Source: Chrysomallon squamiferum (lineage: Eukaryota > Animalia > Mollusca). Taken from it: a DNA stretch of 64,000 nucleotides. Below the pieces are notes generated by a model, which saw only the letters and a list, made by a program, of their open reading frames with translations, was not told the origin of the DNA and made no database searches. How positions within the stretch are numbered: position 1 is the first letter of the stretch; every line of letters begins with the position of its first letter. The translations under genes and the position numbers were made by a program. Below are positions 43,832-58,053 of this stretch, in pieces. The stretch is taken from positions 12,710,001 through 12,774,000 of the forward strand of contig CM022668.1 of assembly GCA_012295275.1 (NCBI GenBank), in the 5' to 3' direction.

Positions 43832-44179
43832 AGCTGATACATAAACTATTTCTAATAATAATACTGCCACAGTCCTTCAGTTTTTACTATTATAGTAGGT
43901 ACAGCAGTTATTACTATAATTATAGTTGTAATACTACAGCAACTAGTATTGCTACTGCTATTATTATTACTGCTACTACTAAAGTTACTACCACTATTAC
44001 TACTTCTACCACTACTATTACTACTACTTTTAATACAATTACTACTACTATTGTTACCACTATTGTTAACATTGTTGTTATAGCTATTATAATTATTTTT
44101 AGCGGTTGTAATAGTAATAGTAGTAGTAGTATAATTGTTATTATTGTAATTATTGTTAGTAAGAAAAATTTATATTCAC

Positions 44180-44234
44180 TTGCAGAACTGCTATGAAATC
44201 CTTGGATGAACAAAATACTCAAAATGATTTTCAT
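44180..44234 (-). CDS. TSP1-repeat membrane protein, coding exon 1 (signal peptide MKIILSILFIQGFHSSSA)
   Basis: ATG preceded by an in-frame TAA; hydrophobic N-terminus; A|GTGAAT phase-1 donor matches the next exon. Confidence 0.75.
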
Positions 44235-44759
44235 TTTTCTTTAATTACAAAATTTTAAATCTGAAATAAGAAGTAAAAAAACTCTGTTATTTGAAACACA
44301 CCATTTCATAAACTGTAAAAAAAAAAAAAAAAAAAAAATTAATAAAAATAATAATCAAAAATAAATAAATAAATAAAAATAATAATAATAAATAAATAAA
44401 AATAATAATAATAGCAAATAAAATTTTATAAATTAAATAAAAAAAAAAAAAAAAACAAGGAATAAATAAAGTATATTTTTAAATAAAATAAAATAAATAA
44501 ATTTAAATGAGGAAAGAAAAAGATAAAAAAATGTTAAGGCATTTTCGTTATTTGGGTAAAAATTCTTTTAAATAAAGATATGACAAAAATATTTACTTGT
44601 TGCTGCTGGTTCACGAAATTCTGCGATCTGTGCTGTCCTCATCTATATATTGCCAGAATGAATAAAATTAATGGTTTATGTTCAACAACCAATGAAAGAT
44701 AATTATAAAGTTATGTATTTTATTTTGTTTAATTAGTTACGTATTACCAAATTTATTAC

Positions 44760-44995
44760 ATTTTATTAAGAATATTTATGTTGTGGTATAAAGCTGTTTG
44801 AAATTAAAACCATTCCTTCCACTATTTATTAGGATTTTAATCTTTAATTAAAAAGAAACGTGGGAATAAAATATTAAATAAAAAGAAGGCAAATTCATCT
44901 AATTAAATCAAGTACTGAAATAATAATAGAGGAATGGCTATATTTTGTTTCGTCGGAAGTACTAAATAATAAATTAAATGTAGAATTCAGAAATA
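44760..44995 (+). repeat. Copy 1 of a diverged ~200-bp direct repeat (partner at 46690-46945)
   Basis: tgttgtggtataaagctgtttgaaa...cttccactat...gggaataaaat...aaggcaaattcatctaattaaat. Confidence 0.7.
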
Positions 44996-45149
44996 AATTA
45001 AGTAAGAAATCGATTAATTTCATCTTACGTTTTCTCTTAGGAGACTACACTTAATAATTTGGTACATCTATTTATATATGAAAGGTTTTTGAAAGACATG
45101 AATGCCTAAATTTGCTGTTAAAGTTTGGAAACACATTCTTTACGAATCA

Positions 45150-46370
45150 AAAAGTGTTTACATGCCAAATTGTCACTAAGGAAGCCATTGCTCTGACGTC
45201 ATTTCAGATTTTTTGCTGATCACATTCGGAACCAATTTGATTTGTTCGCGAATTTCCGTAAACAATGTAACTGGAACTAAATGAAACTTGTTTTCTGGAT
45301 GACATAACTGATTACCCAATGGTCCCTGCTTGTAGTGAGTTTCGAACAAGTGTATTTACTTTATTGTACAAACAATTATTCAATAAATAAACATCTTGAA
45401 ATAAATTTTGCATTCACTGAAGATTCCCGCCTTCAGACATCGTACACGCCTAACTTGTTAGTCTGTTAGCTTTATTCATCCACTCAAAACAGTGTTTTCA
45501 TTGCAGTCTTATACATGTACTAAAGCAAATTTTTGCATGGTGGACGCGATCTGAAGATGTACAGTCATAACTCTTATAACTGCACTACTGAAGCTATTCC
45601 AAAGGTTTTGATATTATTAAAAAATTTTACTTACTTATTTACTTAATTTTATTTTATATTTTTTATCTTACTATTATTAGTAGTAGTATTTAATTAATTA
45701 TTATTATTATTTTTTATTATTTAATTGATTGTAGTTTTCTCATGAAATACATGCCATATAAAGTCCATTCACCAACATCAATATTACGGATTAAAAATCG
45801 TTTCACCACGCTATAAAGATAAACATTTTATATTCATTTACTAAAGTTAATGCTGCTTCTGTCAAAAAAAAAAAAAAAAAAAACGATCAAAAAATCATTT
45901 TCACACAGAAATGTATTTAAATATTTTAAACCATTTACTTAGGCAAGTGCAATTTATATATAAAATATTGCTAAATATTAACAGCAGAAACCTGGAGCAG
46001 ACGATAATGTAAAGTTTATTTAAAAGGTTGAAATTGATTGGGCGCAGTTCGCTCACGGCGCGTTTGAATGCGCGGTGCTTCAGTAAACAACTTTGATGAA
46101 TAACGGCTTAATTAACTTCCTGCTAATGGAGGCGGCTAGTCTGAGTCTTTGAAATATTGTATTAATAATACATTTTAAAAAGATGGATTTATTGAATTTA
46201 TGCCCCATTTGTGCGTCTGCATCTGTAAGTTGGTACATGTATGTGAACATGCATTAAAGAATGTGATCGTGCGTTCATAAAACGGCGATTTCTTCATTTT
46301 ACTTGTCAATAAAAATTATAATTTAAATAACGTAAGGAATAAAAGTCTATATTTAGCAAAATGTTTACCG
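45150..46370. promoter_or_regulatory. Intergenic promoter region between the divergent genes
   Basis: CpG-retaining. CRE TGACGTCA 45194; forkhead GTAAACAA 45258 and 46083, TGTTTAC 45155 and 46362; ATTGG 46037; GGCGCGTTTGAA 46057. Confidence 0.45.
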
Positions 46371-46689
46371 TTGACATTGTTTTAAAGTGTAGTTTTACTT
46401 TTTAGTACTCAAAGAAAAATAGTTATATGTAGATAGGCAGATAGATATAGATAGACAGACAAATTGACAGATAGATAGATAAAAATATAGAATATACATA
46501 GTTACACAGACAGATAGATTATAAATTATGTCAAAATATAAAGATTTTTTAAAGACAGTTTATTCCTAAAAACGATTAAGGTACATTTTAGTTTTTCTTC
46601 TACTTCTTCTTCTTTTTAAATAAATAAAGATTTTTAATTTCTAATTTTTACTTACCTTTTGAAATCGATAACAGGATTAAATAAAGAAA

Positions 46690-46945
46690 TATTTTATTCA
46701 GAGTTTTGTTGTGATATTAAGCTGTTTCAAACAAACAAACAAACAAAAAAATTGCTTCCACTATCAGTATTTATTTTAATATTTAAAACGAAATAGGGGA
46801 ATAAAATGTTGAAAAAAAAAAAAGGCAAATTAATCTGATTAAATGAAACATTAAAATAAACACGAGATGAATAAAACGAATTAACAAAATGAAAAAGATT
46901 CTTCAAAATCTTAAAATTTAATGTTCATTTACAGATTTCAGAAAA
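46690..46945 (+). repeat. Copy 2 of the diverged ~200-bp direct repeat
   Basis: tgttgtgatattaagctgtttcaaa...cttccactat...gggaataaaat...aaggcaaattaatctgattaaat. Confidence 0.7.
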
Positions 46946-47213
46946 TCAATATTTTCTGAATCGCCAATATATAATTAATTACCTTGATGATTGTTATACA
47001 AATAAAATATATAGGTTTATTGTATATAGATTAATTAGGGATTTATTTATTTATTATAATTCAGTAACATGATTAAGTCCTGGAAAATGACTGTTTTTGC
47101 AAACGTATAATTTGATCGAGACTAATTTGACGGAAGCGTAACATTAAGAAAGATTGGTATATGTTGTGACGGGACGCTGTTTTCCCAAATGTATGACAAA
47201 AGTCACAAAGTGA

Positions 47214-47378
<165 letters not shown>

Positions 47379-47625
47379 TGATTTGTTTTTTTTCAGGTGC
47401 TTGTGTTTATATAAAATAAGGACACTTATATTATTCACATGTCTACTTATTGTCTGTTTAGTATTTTGACTATGTACATGTAAATAGTAATATAAATTAT
47501 AATATATTTCGTTTTGTCGTATTAAAAGTAGTTTGATTATAAATGTGTATACAGTAGCTGACTGTATAAATTACTTTGGCGTTTGGGGCTATCTTCTTAT
47601 TTTTATATACAATTTATTTTAATGA

Positions 47626-47958
<333 letters not shown>

Positions 47959-48332
47959 TAATTTACTTTTAAATATGGTATTGTTTTATTATGATAATTA
48001 CAAAGGTTTTGACCCAGATCACAACATGTGGAGGTTTTGCAAAAAATTTAGCAATATAATTGTTGTATTACTCTTAATTAATTATTCCATTCATTAATTT
48101 TATTTTGTAACAGTATATTAATTTTAAAACATTTTTTTCTTCACACTTTATTAGATTCACAAAACATATTGGTATATGTTGACTATAGCTTGAATATATT
48201 GAATAAATATCTTTTTCTTTTAAGATAAATGGATTTTAATATATTAATTAAATGCATGATAAACTGTATCATCGTGTATGGCTCCAAATTCTTTTTAAAA
48301 TTTATTTTTTTTGTTTTGTTTGTGCATTTTAG

Positions 48333-48492
48333 ATTTTGTTAGATTCACTGGGTGTACTAAAATATGCTGATTTTGGATTGTCAAAAGTGGAAGGTGAAAA
48401 TCTTCAGGAACTGTTTCTGAAATTTGCCGATGCTGGTGAACAATGGAACCAGGACACATTTGAAGAAGATCTGAAAAAAATAAAATCAACTG
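48333..48492 (+). CDS. ULK4: ULK4 exon 3 (ILLDSLGVLKYADFGLSKVEGENLQE…)
   Basis: KVEGENL activation-segment signature; phase 0-1. Confidence 0.96.
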
Positions 48493-48825
48493 GTAAAATA
48501 TATTCACTTGGGATTTTTATTTATTTATTTATGTGGGGTTTTTGGGGTTTTTTTTACTGATTTATTTATTGATTGATTGACTGTTTGTTTGTTTGTTTGT
48601 TTTCATATATACAGAAATTTATACATTTAAACAAACAAACCAAAAAATATTTATATATATTCTGATTCTTTGAAAGGTACATGGTTTTTTCTTTGTTTGA
48701 AAATGTAAAAATATAATAGTAATATTAATAATAAGTGTAATATATTGTCCTGAAAAAGAATGAAATAAAAACATAATTTGAAAAATTACTTTATTATTTA
48801 TATCTCAGTTATTTTTGAGACTTAA

Positions 48826-49128
<303 letters not shown>

Positions 49129-49707
49129 TAAACACTTCAAGTGAAATAAAGAGAAAAACAATATATACTGTCAAATATTTTTTCATTATATTTGTATCAA
49201 CAATTTTATGGTCCATAAAATACCTTATGACAATTTAGAATTTGTAAATTTCTTTTTTAACTTTATTTAAATTAGTTTTGTTTTTTTGAACTGTAAAATA
49301 ATTATTATTTTTGGTTTAATGTTTAAATTAGAATGAAACCTTTGATACATTTTTCATATTATTGTTATCTGTGTTCTATTTAAATTATTTTTCATTTCAT
49401 TTTAATATGAAACACATTAAATGTTTTATAAATTAATTTTTTTATTCATAATATAAATTAACTGATTTTCATTAATTTTGGTCAGATACTAGTTCTTTTT
49501 TAAAATTAAAATATTTTGAAGAAATATTTTCAAGAAGAAAAATGTCATACCTTATTTAAATGAAAACTAAAAATAAATTTTTAAAATTATTTTTTGTGAT
49601 TTTTGTGTAAAGAATTATTTTCCTCTATACTGGAGATCCATTATCATTGTGTTGGAATCTATTAGGTCTTAACACATATTTTAATTAATGTTTTAAAATT
49701 GTAATAG

Positions 49708-49791
49708 GTCATCCTCCGTTTCTGTCTGAATCTGATGAACTGCTGAAAGAAAAAGTTATGAACAAACAGTTTCCTCCACCAAGAGTTAAAG
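49708..49791 (+). CDS. ULK4: ULK4 exon 5 (HPPFLSESDELLKEKVMNKQFPPPRVK)
   Basis: GxPPF motif; phase 1-1. Confidence 0.93.
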
Positions 49792-50260
49792 GTACATCAT
49801 TTTTTTGTTTTTTTGTCTGTTGTTGTAGGTGATGTAGATGATGATGTTGCCAAACACAAAAATTAAATTTGGCTGCATCTCTGCTGTCAGATGTTACAAG
49901 AATTGAGAAATTATTAATGCTGTTAAAAAGAAAAAAAATTCTTGTTATTATTGGATTTATGATTATTAAAGGTTTAGCACACAAGCAAGTTTAAAGAGAG
50001 GTGCATAAATGATTAATGTTGACAACAAATTTGTTGTTTATTTATTTAGACTATCATTAATAGCACTTTCAAAATGATTCTATTTCTTAAAATATCAGTG
50101 GATCTTGACATTTTCAAAATAATCTTTAAAAACTGGTTTTTTGATTTTTATTTAAATCAATATTAAATTTAATACCTTTAGCTTTTCTCTATTTTATTTT
50201 TTTTTTCTCACATGAATGTTGATTATTATTTTATTTATTTTATTTTGTGTTTTTTTTCAG

Positions 50261-50339
50261 GTACAAGATTTTCAGGTATGGCTTCCCCTGATTTTATCAG
50301 TCTTATTGAAGGATTGCTACAGAAAGATCCCATCAAGAG
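50261..50339 (+). CDS. ULK4: ULK4 exon 6 (…ASPDFISLIEGLLQKDPIKR)
   Basis: Kinase subdomain XI; phase 1-2. Confidence 0.93.
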
Positions 50340-50954
50340 GTAACTGTTATATTTCTATGCCATTGATTTCTTTCTTGTTTTAACAATATAAAAACAAACC
50401 ATACTAAAAGATACTGAAAGTGACTTGACAGACATCCACACTTAATCATACTGTTGATTCTTCCCAAGTCCACCATAACAAAAGTTAATTTTTAATAAAA
50501 ATTTATAACATTAAAAATATAAAGAAATAGAAAATAAAACTAATGTTATTATATTGTATATTGTTTTTTAGAATGGAATTTAATAAATAACAATGTTTTA
50601 TTAGATTTAAGTTTTTTAAAATTAAATTTTAATAAGTAAGAATACTTTATTATTGCTTATTGGCTGATTTGAATATTTTAAAACCTTCTTCAAAAGTTTA
50701 GGTTCCACTATTAATGTCATGTTTTTATATAAAATATGGGTTGAAGCCTGTTAAAACCATTATTATATATATATTATAAATGTTTAAATGTTTCATATTC
50801 CACATTAATGAAAAATATGATTATGTTTAAATACACAATAAATTCTTAGTGTAATTAACAGACTCAATATGTGGAAATTGCAATAAATTATTTTATTGTG
50901 CTTATTTCAGACTCTCATAGAAAGACACATTAAACAGATTTGTCTTGTTTTCAG

Positions 50955-51190
50955 GATGGGTTGGCCTGGTCTGGTGACACACAGTTTCTGGCAGGGAAGT
51001 TTATCACAGCTCGCTAAAGACTTCACCCTGTCCCAGGACGTCAGAGACAGTTCCCTGACAACTGGGCGGAGCAGTGTGTTTGAGCATGGGGGCAGTTCGG
51101 CTCTGGGTAAGATCAAGGGGGTGGAGCTGAGAAGAAGCATGGAAAGACCAGTGTCCAACTTGGACGCCATTGAGACCACAAACCGTCCAG
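50955..51190 (+). CDS. ULK4: ULK4 exon 7 (MGWPGLVTHSFWQG… linker)
   Basis: HSFW marks the end of the kinase domain; phase 2-1. Confidence 0.92.
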
Positions 51191-51576
51191 GTAGTTTACA
51201 CAGTTTGTTGAGTTGATATTAATAGAACTTGAGAAAGGTTTTGTGTACTATATGAAATGGGAAGGGTTTTCTGTTTTGCTGTCTGTGTGTTAGTTATAAT
51301 ATTAATAAAACAGGTTTTGTGTGGTTATATATGACACGGTATGTGTGTAAATGGGAATGCATTATGTTTGTTTTTGCTGTCTGTATCTTAGTTATATAGC
51401 TTGTTGGGATAATATTAACAAAATTGTGGAAATGGGATTTATTTTCTGGATGTGAATGTATTGGTCTGAATTATCATCTGTGTATAAGAAAAATTATTAA
51501 AGTAACAATAACATTAATAACATTGCTGCTAAAAATAATATATAGTAGTAACAGTAATAATAATGAATGATGATTA

Positions 51577-51679
<103 letters not shown>

Positions 51680-51753
51680 GGATTGTGAGAGTGAGTGTAA
51701 TTTATTTATTAATTTATTTATTAAGTTAGTTATTTATTTGTTTGTTTGTTTGT

Positions 51754-51820
<67 letters not shown>

Positions 51821-51843
51821 TTTGTTTATTTATTTGTTTACAG

Positions 51844-51919
51844 GCTCCACACTAGGTGACTACATGAGACCAAAGACTGCACCAGGAAACAATGGAGAAG
51901 AGACACTTTTCACTCTGAG
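51844..51919 (+). CDS. ULK4: ULK4 exon 8 (STLGDYMRPKTAPGNNGEETLFTL)
   Basis: AG/GT, phase 1-2 consistent. Confidence 0.88.
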
Positions 51920-52692
51920 GTGTGTGTTGTTTGTTTTACTACTTCTTTAAAACTTGTCTTTCAACAGACATTTATTAAATTACTGTCTCATTGTAAAACA
52001 TTCTGGAATCTCCAGTATTATGATGTATGATAAAGAGTTTGTGAATTGTCAATTAATAATCTCCCACTTAGAATAGTGTATAACCAGTGATTGGCAGTAT
52101 GGACACTAGTGCTCACAAGTGGACATTTGACTGGCTGTGTTGGGCATTTGACCTTTTTTTGACCAATGGATGGATGTCAGGTTTTGCTGGAGCAATTGAT
52201 TGTTTGACAAAATACATAATTTTTAAAGATTTTTTGGCTTAATTGTTTTTCTTGGGTGTTATAAAGTGTACATTATAATCCACAAATAAGTGGATATATA
52301 TAGAAAAATAATTTGTTTTTATCTTTATTCCAAGTGTGACTAGTTTAATTGTTAATGAATTTTTAATGAATAATTTAATAAACTTTATTGAATATATCAT
52401 TTAAGTTTAATCTGTTAATTGTTTAAGTATTAAAGTTTTTGATGTGTGTTCAAGATTTACTGTTATGAAAGTGGATGATAAATTAAAATTAAAATGTTGC
52501 CAAGAATTGGAATATATCTCTGATAAAACAATGACTAGAAAACATTTTATTTTCTTAACTTAATATATGAATGTATTTTATCATCTTAGCTTGTTTTGGT
52601 TTTAATAGTTATTATAAGGTGTCAGATGTTAATATATGTATTTTTGATAATAATGATTAAAAATAATCTCTATAACATTTCTACTATTTAAG

Positions 52693-52891
52693 TGCTAGAC
52701 CCCATACAGCTGTTCCTCCCGATGACAGAGTTACCTCCCCTCACAAGCCCATCCATTCCCCAATGCCTACACGAGAAGTAGTTGGTGCTACAAAAGATGA
52801 TGATGTTGTTGATGCCTCGCAAAGTGAACTACTCAGTTACATGTTTCACAGTTCAGATTTTGTTATCTCCCCAATTGTTGATAATCCCAAG
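52693..52891 (+). CDS. ULK4: ULK4 exon 9 (ARPHTA…HSSDFVISPIVDNPK)
   Basis: PIxDNPK motif as in ULK4; phase 2-0. Confidence 0.9.
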
Positions 52892-53412
52892 GTGAGATAA
52901 CTCAGCTGAACTCTTCTGAATGAAAGTTTCATTTTTCTTTTCTTATTTTTAATTTTAAAATGAATATTCAGTGAGATTTTAAAATTTATTTGTAATCCTG
53001 AAACTATTTAAATTGGTATTTTTCGTTTCCCCAATTTAAGTCCTTATGAATGTAGGCTAAATAAATTAATTCATTAATTAGAAATATTATTTAAATAATA
53101 TTTGTATTTTAAAACTTTGCTCAAATAAAGACACAGAATAATTTATATAATTAACCTTAAAATAGTTTATCATGTATCAAGAATAATTTAAATTGTAAAC
53201 AAACTCAACCAAACAGCTATTTTATTATTTTATTTTGCAGTTTATCAGATATCAGTATTGATTTAAATTTTAAAGAAACCCAACCTAAAATCTGTTTTAT
53301 TTTTTTGTTTTTAAAGGTTCATTTGAATTGAAAATAATTAAACTCTTTATTTATTTATTTACAGTTGTAATAATTAACTTATTAAATATATCTTATTGTT
53401 TTTCATCAACAG

Positions 53413-53473
53413 ATACAGAAGCTTCCCTCCATGAAATATGACACAAAAGTTCTCCCTGTTCCTCCATTTACAG
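53413..53473 (+). CDS. ULK4: ULK4 exon 10 (IQKLPSMKYDTKVLPVPPFT)
   Basis: Phase 0-1 consistent. Confidence 0.88.
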
Positions 53474-53792
53474 GTTTGTACTTTAACAAGAGAATTTACA
53501 CAGATCTGAAGTTTTAAAAGAGGGATTGTTGGGCTCTATTATTATAGGATATGTAGCAAACATGCTGAAATAAATATTTTTGTATTAAACAAATTTTGAT
53601 GAAAGCAATATGGGGTGGCATACACTAGATGAATTTCTTTTGTTTTTCTGTGTTTAATTTTGATTTAATTTTTATTTAATTTTTATTTTTATTTTTATTT
53701 TTATTTTTATTTTTATTTTTATTTTTATTTTTATTTTTATTTTTATTTTTATTTTTATTTTTATTTCAATTTTAATTTCAATTTATTTACAG

Positions 53793-54018
53793 TTGAAAAA
53801 CTGACTTCTTTGAGCGAAAAAGACATGAACAAGCACATCAAACAAATTCTCGACAACATCGCCCAGCCAGAGAAAGGCCCACCGTCACAGAAACGAATAC
53901 ATCTTCTACACTACATCGCCACCGTCACATCAAGTACATTCGTAGCCAGTCTTCTCATTCAAAACAACGCCCTCAATATCATGGCAAGACAGCTGAAAGA
54001 AACCCCACATGTTGAAGT
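53793..54018 (+). CDS. ULK4: ULK4 exon 11 (start of ARM/HEAT region)
   Basis: Matches ORF 53810..54022; GTGAGT donor; phase 1-2. Confidence 0.9.
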
Positions 54019-54372
54019 GTGAGTATAGTCTTATTTATATGAGTATTGTCTTATTTATATGAGTATTGTCTTATTTATATGAGTATTGTCTTAATTATAT
54101 GAGTATTGTCTTAATTATATGAGTTTTGTTTTATTTTAATTTCAAAATTTTTAGTTTCTGTTCCTTTAAATGCCTAATAACACACAAGTAGAAGATATTT
54201 AGATTATTATACTGATATAGACACACACTGACAGAGAGAGGTACAGACATCACAAGGTAGATAATCAATAACATATACAAGAAATGAAAAGAGAAGCAGA
54301 TGTTAATATATGCATATCCATGTTTTATGTTTCTGTTAAAAACATGATGATAAAATTATTTATTACTTGCAG

Positions 54373-54451
54373 ACGAATTAAATTGGGAAGAGTTATGGCC
54401 CTTGTTGCTCTTCATGGAAAAGATCTGGATGAAGGAACAAATGTTTCTGAA
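54373..54451 (+). CDS. ULK4: ULK4 exon 12 (RIKLGRVMALVALHGKDLDEGTNVSE)
   Basis: Phase 2-0 consistent. Confidence 0.88.
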
Positions 54452-54710
54452 GTATGAATTTTTAAATAATAATAATAAAATATGATTTATTTTAATGATT
54501 TTTTATTTTATTTAAATTTTGTCGAAAAATTATAGTAGATGTTGCCATTATTGTTATTACTGTCATAATTACTGTTGTTGTCAAGATGTCATCACTATTG
54601 TTAATATTGTCATTATTATCATCATTCCTTATTGTTGTTGTTGTTGTTGACATTATTATTGTTATTGTTATTGATGTTGTTGATATTATTGTTATTGTTA
54701 TTGTTGTTGA

Positions 54711-54744
<34 letters not shown>

Positions 54745-54745
54745 G

Positions 54746-54853
54746 GCTATGACAACTCTGACAGAAATAGTTCGTGAAAATGTGAAAAACACAAAACTGA
54801 AACAAGGTTTGTTTCCTGCGATTGGGGAAATTCTGTACTTGGTAGCTGTTCAG
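54746..54853 (+). CDS. ULK4: ULK4 exon 13 (AMTTLTEIVRENVKNTKLKQGLFPAIGEILYLVAVQ)
   Basis: ULK4-like LTExxREN…KLKQ…GExxYLVA; phase 0-0. Confidence 0.92.
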
Positions 54854-55424
54854 GTTAGTATGTCATATTCTCTATGTATTTTATTTTCCTTATAAATAAA
54901 TATATCTCACATTATTTATTGTTTTAGGTATGTATGATGGAGGTTAAAAGTCTATTTATTTTTTTTACTTTTGATAGAATAAATAATTAAAATTTAGAAA
55001 ATCATTTTAACTGTTAAGGTTTTCAATTTCTTTTTCTTGGAATATTTTGTTTATTAATTATATTTTATTTAATTATTAATTTTATATATTTTTTTAAAAG
55101 AATTTTCTATTATTTTTTTCTCTTTCTTTCTTTTTTTTCCTTTTTTTTTTTTTTACTTAAATATAAATATTTATTAATTATTTCATTTCTTATATTATTA
55201 ATTAGCAATTTTCAGTGCTAGAACAGAAGAGAGAAAAAGAATGAATGATAGAGAGAAAGAGACAAGATGAATGATTATATAAATTATATTTTCTGAACTG
55301 ACTGAATAAGAGAGAAATCTACTGAGTAAATATTAGCATAAAATATAACAACAAAATATTTAAACTATTTTGATATTTTATTATTAATTATTATTCTGTT
55401 TTGATGTTTTTAATTAATTATTAG

Positions 55425-55508
55425 GAACAAATTCGTGGACAGACTATAGAGAACTGGTCTGTGCCCTCCATGACATACACTGTGATAGCAAGAAGCTGCA
55501 GAGATGGG
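55425..55508 (+). CDS. ULK4: ULK4 exon 14 (EQIRGQTIENWSVPSMTYTVIARSCRDG)
   Basis: WxVPxxxYTV motif; phase 0-0. Confidence 0.9.
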
Positions 55509-56150
55509 GTAAAACTATTCTCTATCTGTTTATTTTACATTTAAATCTATTTATCTTAACTTTGTAATAAATGCCTCTAATTAAAAACATACGTAATTTG
55601 TTTAACCAAGAAAGACTGTTGTTGTTCAGTAAGTTATATTTAAGTAATCCTATTATTCATTATAAATGCATGTCTTTCTAAAAAAAAATTTTTTTTACTT
55701 TATGATATTTAACATTAAAATATATCTGTTTAGTAATTAAAAGCACTAATTAAAAATATATTTAATTTGTTTAGCTGAAGTTTGATGTTGATGATTGGTA
55801 ATTGTATTAATTTTAAATTTTAAGTAATCCTTATGTTCATTATTTGCCTATCTCTTTCTAAATTAATTAATTAATTTATTTATTTTTTTAAATTATTAAC
55901 ATTTAAATATATTTGTCTTATTTTTGTGTGTTCAGTAATTAACAACACTAATTAAAAGTGTACACAATTTATTTAGCCAAGGTAGGCTTGTGATCCTTCC
56001 TAGTTACATTAATTTAAACATTGTAAGTAATACTATTATTCATTATAAATGCATCCCTTTCTAAAGTTTATCTTGGTGTTTTGTCTAACTTTTTTGCTTA
56101 TTTTTAACTTATAAAGTCAGTTTTTTATTAAATAAAGTTAATATTTTCAG

Positions 56151-56225
56151 GAAGACACAACACTGAATCACATTGCTGCCAAGATTGTTGAAAATGTCAC
56201 AGCTACTAAAGGTATCCATGCTCAG
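56151..56225 (+). CDS. ULK4: ULK4 exon 15 (EDTTLNHIAAKIVENVTATKGIHAQ)
   Basis: NHxAAKIxENV; phase 0-0. Confidence 0.92.
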
Positions 56226-56560
56226 GTAAGAAACTAATTAAGGTATATTAAACTACAGGTAAAATAGAAATATGTATTTTCTGTGTATTTTAAAGGGGGA
56301 ATGGAAGATGCAGAGGAATGGAATGAAAGATAATGATGAGAAAATGATGAAAAACAAATCATTTAAAATGTAAAGCTGAAGTAAAATTAATAATAATAAT
56401 AATAAATGAATAATTTAAAATGTAATACTGAAATAATAGTAAATAATAAGAACAATAAGAATAATAAACAACAAAAAAAAAAAAACATTAAACAGAACAA
56501 CTATATCAATAACAACAGTAATAGAAATATTAATAATTAAAAACAGTAATAACGGTAATA

Positions 56561-56607
<47 letters not shown>

Positions 56608-56851
56608 GTTAGTATATCCTAGGTTAAGAGTTTAATGTATCTGTATTCTCTAAAAAAATTCACATAATTTATAGGTGTAAACCTCTATTGCACATGTAAT
56701 GTGTGTAAAGTTGTATGTATTATGTTGATGGCTGTATAATGTAATCATCTGACTCACATCTCTACACCTGTTGATTTAAACAACATTAAAACTTGTGTTT
56801 GAGATTTTTTTAAATTCAAAAACATTACTATTATTTTTGATTTTTTTTCAG

Positions 56852-56938
56852 AAATTTGTTCACAATGAGATGGGCCAGTCTCTGTGGTATTTGTTCAAAC
56901 ATTCCACTGTTGATGCAGTCCGTTGCACAGCACTTTCT
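56852..56938 (+). CDS. ULK4: ULK4 exon 16 (KFVHNEMGQSLWYLFKHSTVDAVRCTALS)
   Basis: LWYLFxHST; phase 0-0. Confidence 0.92.
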
Positions 56939-57755
56939 GTGAGTAGTCAAGCATGAAATTTTACTGAAATGTTTTTAAAAAAAAACTTAAATTTATATTA
57001 TCAGATTGTGAGTAGTTTGTATTAGAGAGGAAATGAAATTTTACTGTTACCAGGCAAATGTTTTTTTTTTTTTAAAAATGAAAGAATTTACACAATAGCC
57101 ATTGGTAATTTAGAATGGAATATTTCCCAAAGGAGATCAAGAATGATTGATATAAGTATCTTTATCATCAACCATAGAGTTATACATTTTGCAAAATTAA
57201 TAACAGCATAAATTTTTAATGAATGGATGTAAATTATTTTGTTATAGTTGTTTGGTTTTATATATTTGTTGATGTTAGGGTTTTTAAAATTTTTGTTTGT
57301 GTTGTGTTGTATAATGTTAATATTATCTTATAATTTTTTATTGTATTAAATTATTGTTAAATTAATTGTTTATTATCTTATATTTTATTTTTATTCTATG
57401 CTGTGGTATGCTATGTTATATTATACTATATTATTTTATAAATATATTATTTTTTATTTTATTATTTTATCAAATTGTAATCTATTGTAATAATAACTAT
57501 ATGGCATTGTATATTATATTGTACTCTACTCTTCTATACTATACTCATATTATATTATGTTAAGTTATGTTATGTTATGTTATGTTATGTTATGTTATGT
57601 TATGTCATGTCATGTCATATAATATTATATTGAGCAATATACTATTTTACTTCATTTAATTTAATTCATAATACATGACATCCAGTACAACATTATTTTT
57701 AACATAACTAAATAATAAAAGACTATAAAAAACCTCTGATTTACCTTTATTCCAG

Positions 57756-57938
57756 GCACTGTGCAGACTTACCTGGCACAACGCTCAGGTGTTTCAAAGT
57801 GTCATCGACACTGTGGGCCTGTCTGCCGTGCTCGGCGCCCTCATGCTCGGCATCTCGCGAGTGCAGCAGTCCATCGTGACGATGTTTGGTGCTCTGCTGG
57901 CTTCAGGCTCCCACCTCACCAGACTCATTCAGGACAAG
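57756..57938 (+). CDS. ULK4: ULK4 exon 17 (ALCRLTWHNAQVFQSVIDTVGL…RLIQDK)
   Basis: Phase 0-0; matches ORF 57789..58100. Confidence 0.92.
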
Positions 57939-58053
57939 GTGATCACTCCTTTTTTCTTTTCTTTTTTTCTTAAATTTAAAAAATCTAAGTTTATTAGTAG
58001 TTGGATCACCTTTTTTTCCCCCATTCCAACCACTACGGAAACATTTGTAGGTC

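Noticed and set aside
45090-45112. TGAAAGACATG, matching the 5' half of miR-71
   Set aside because: Only 11 nt match, the 3' half differs, and no hairpin is evident
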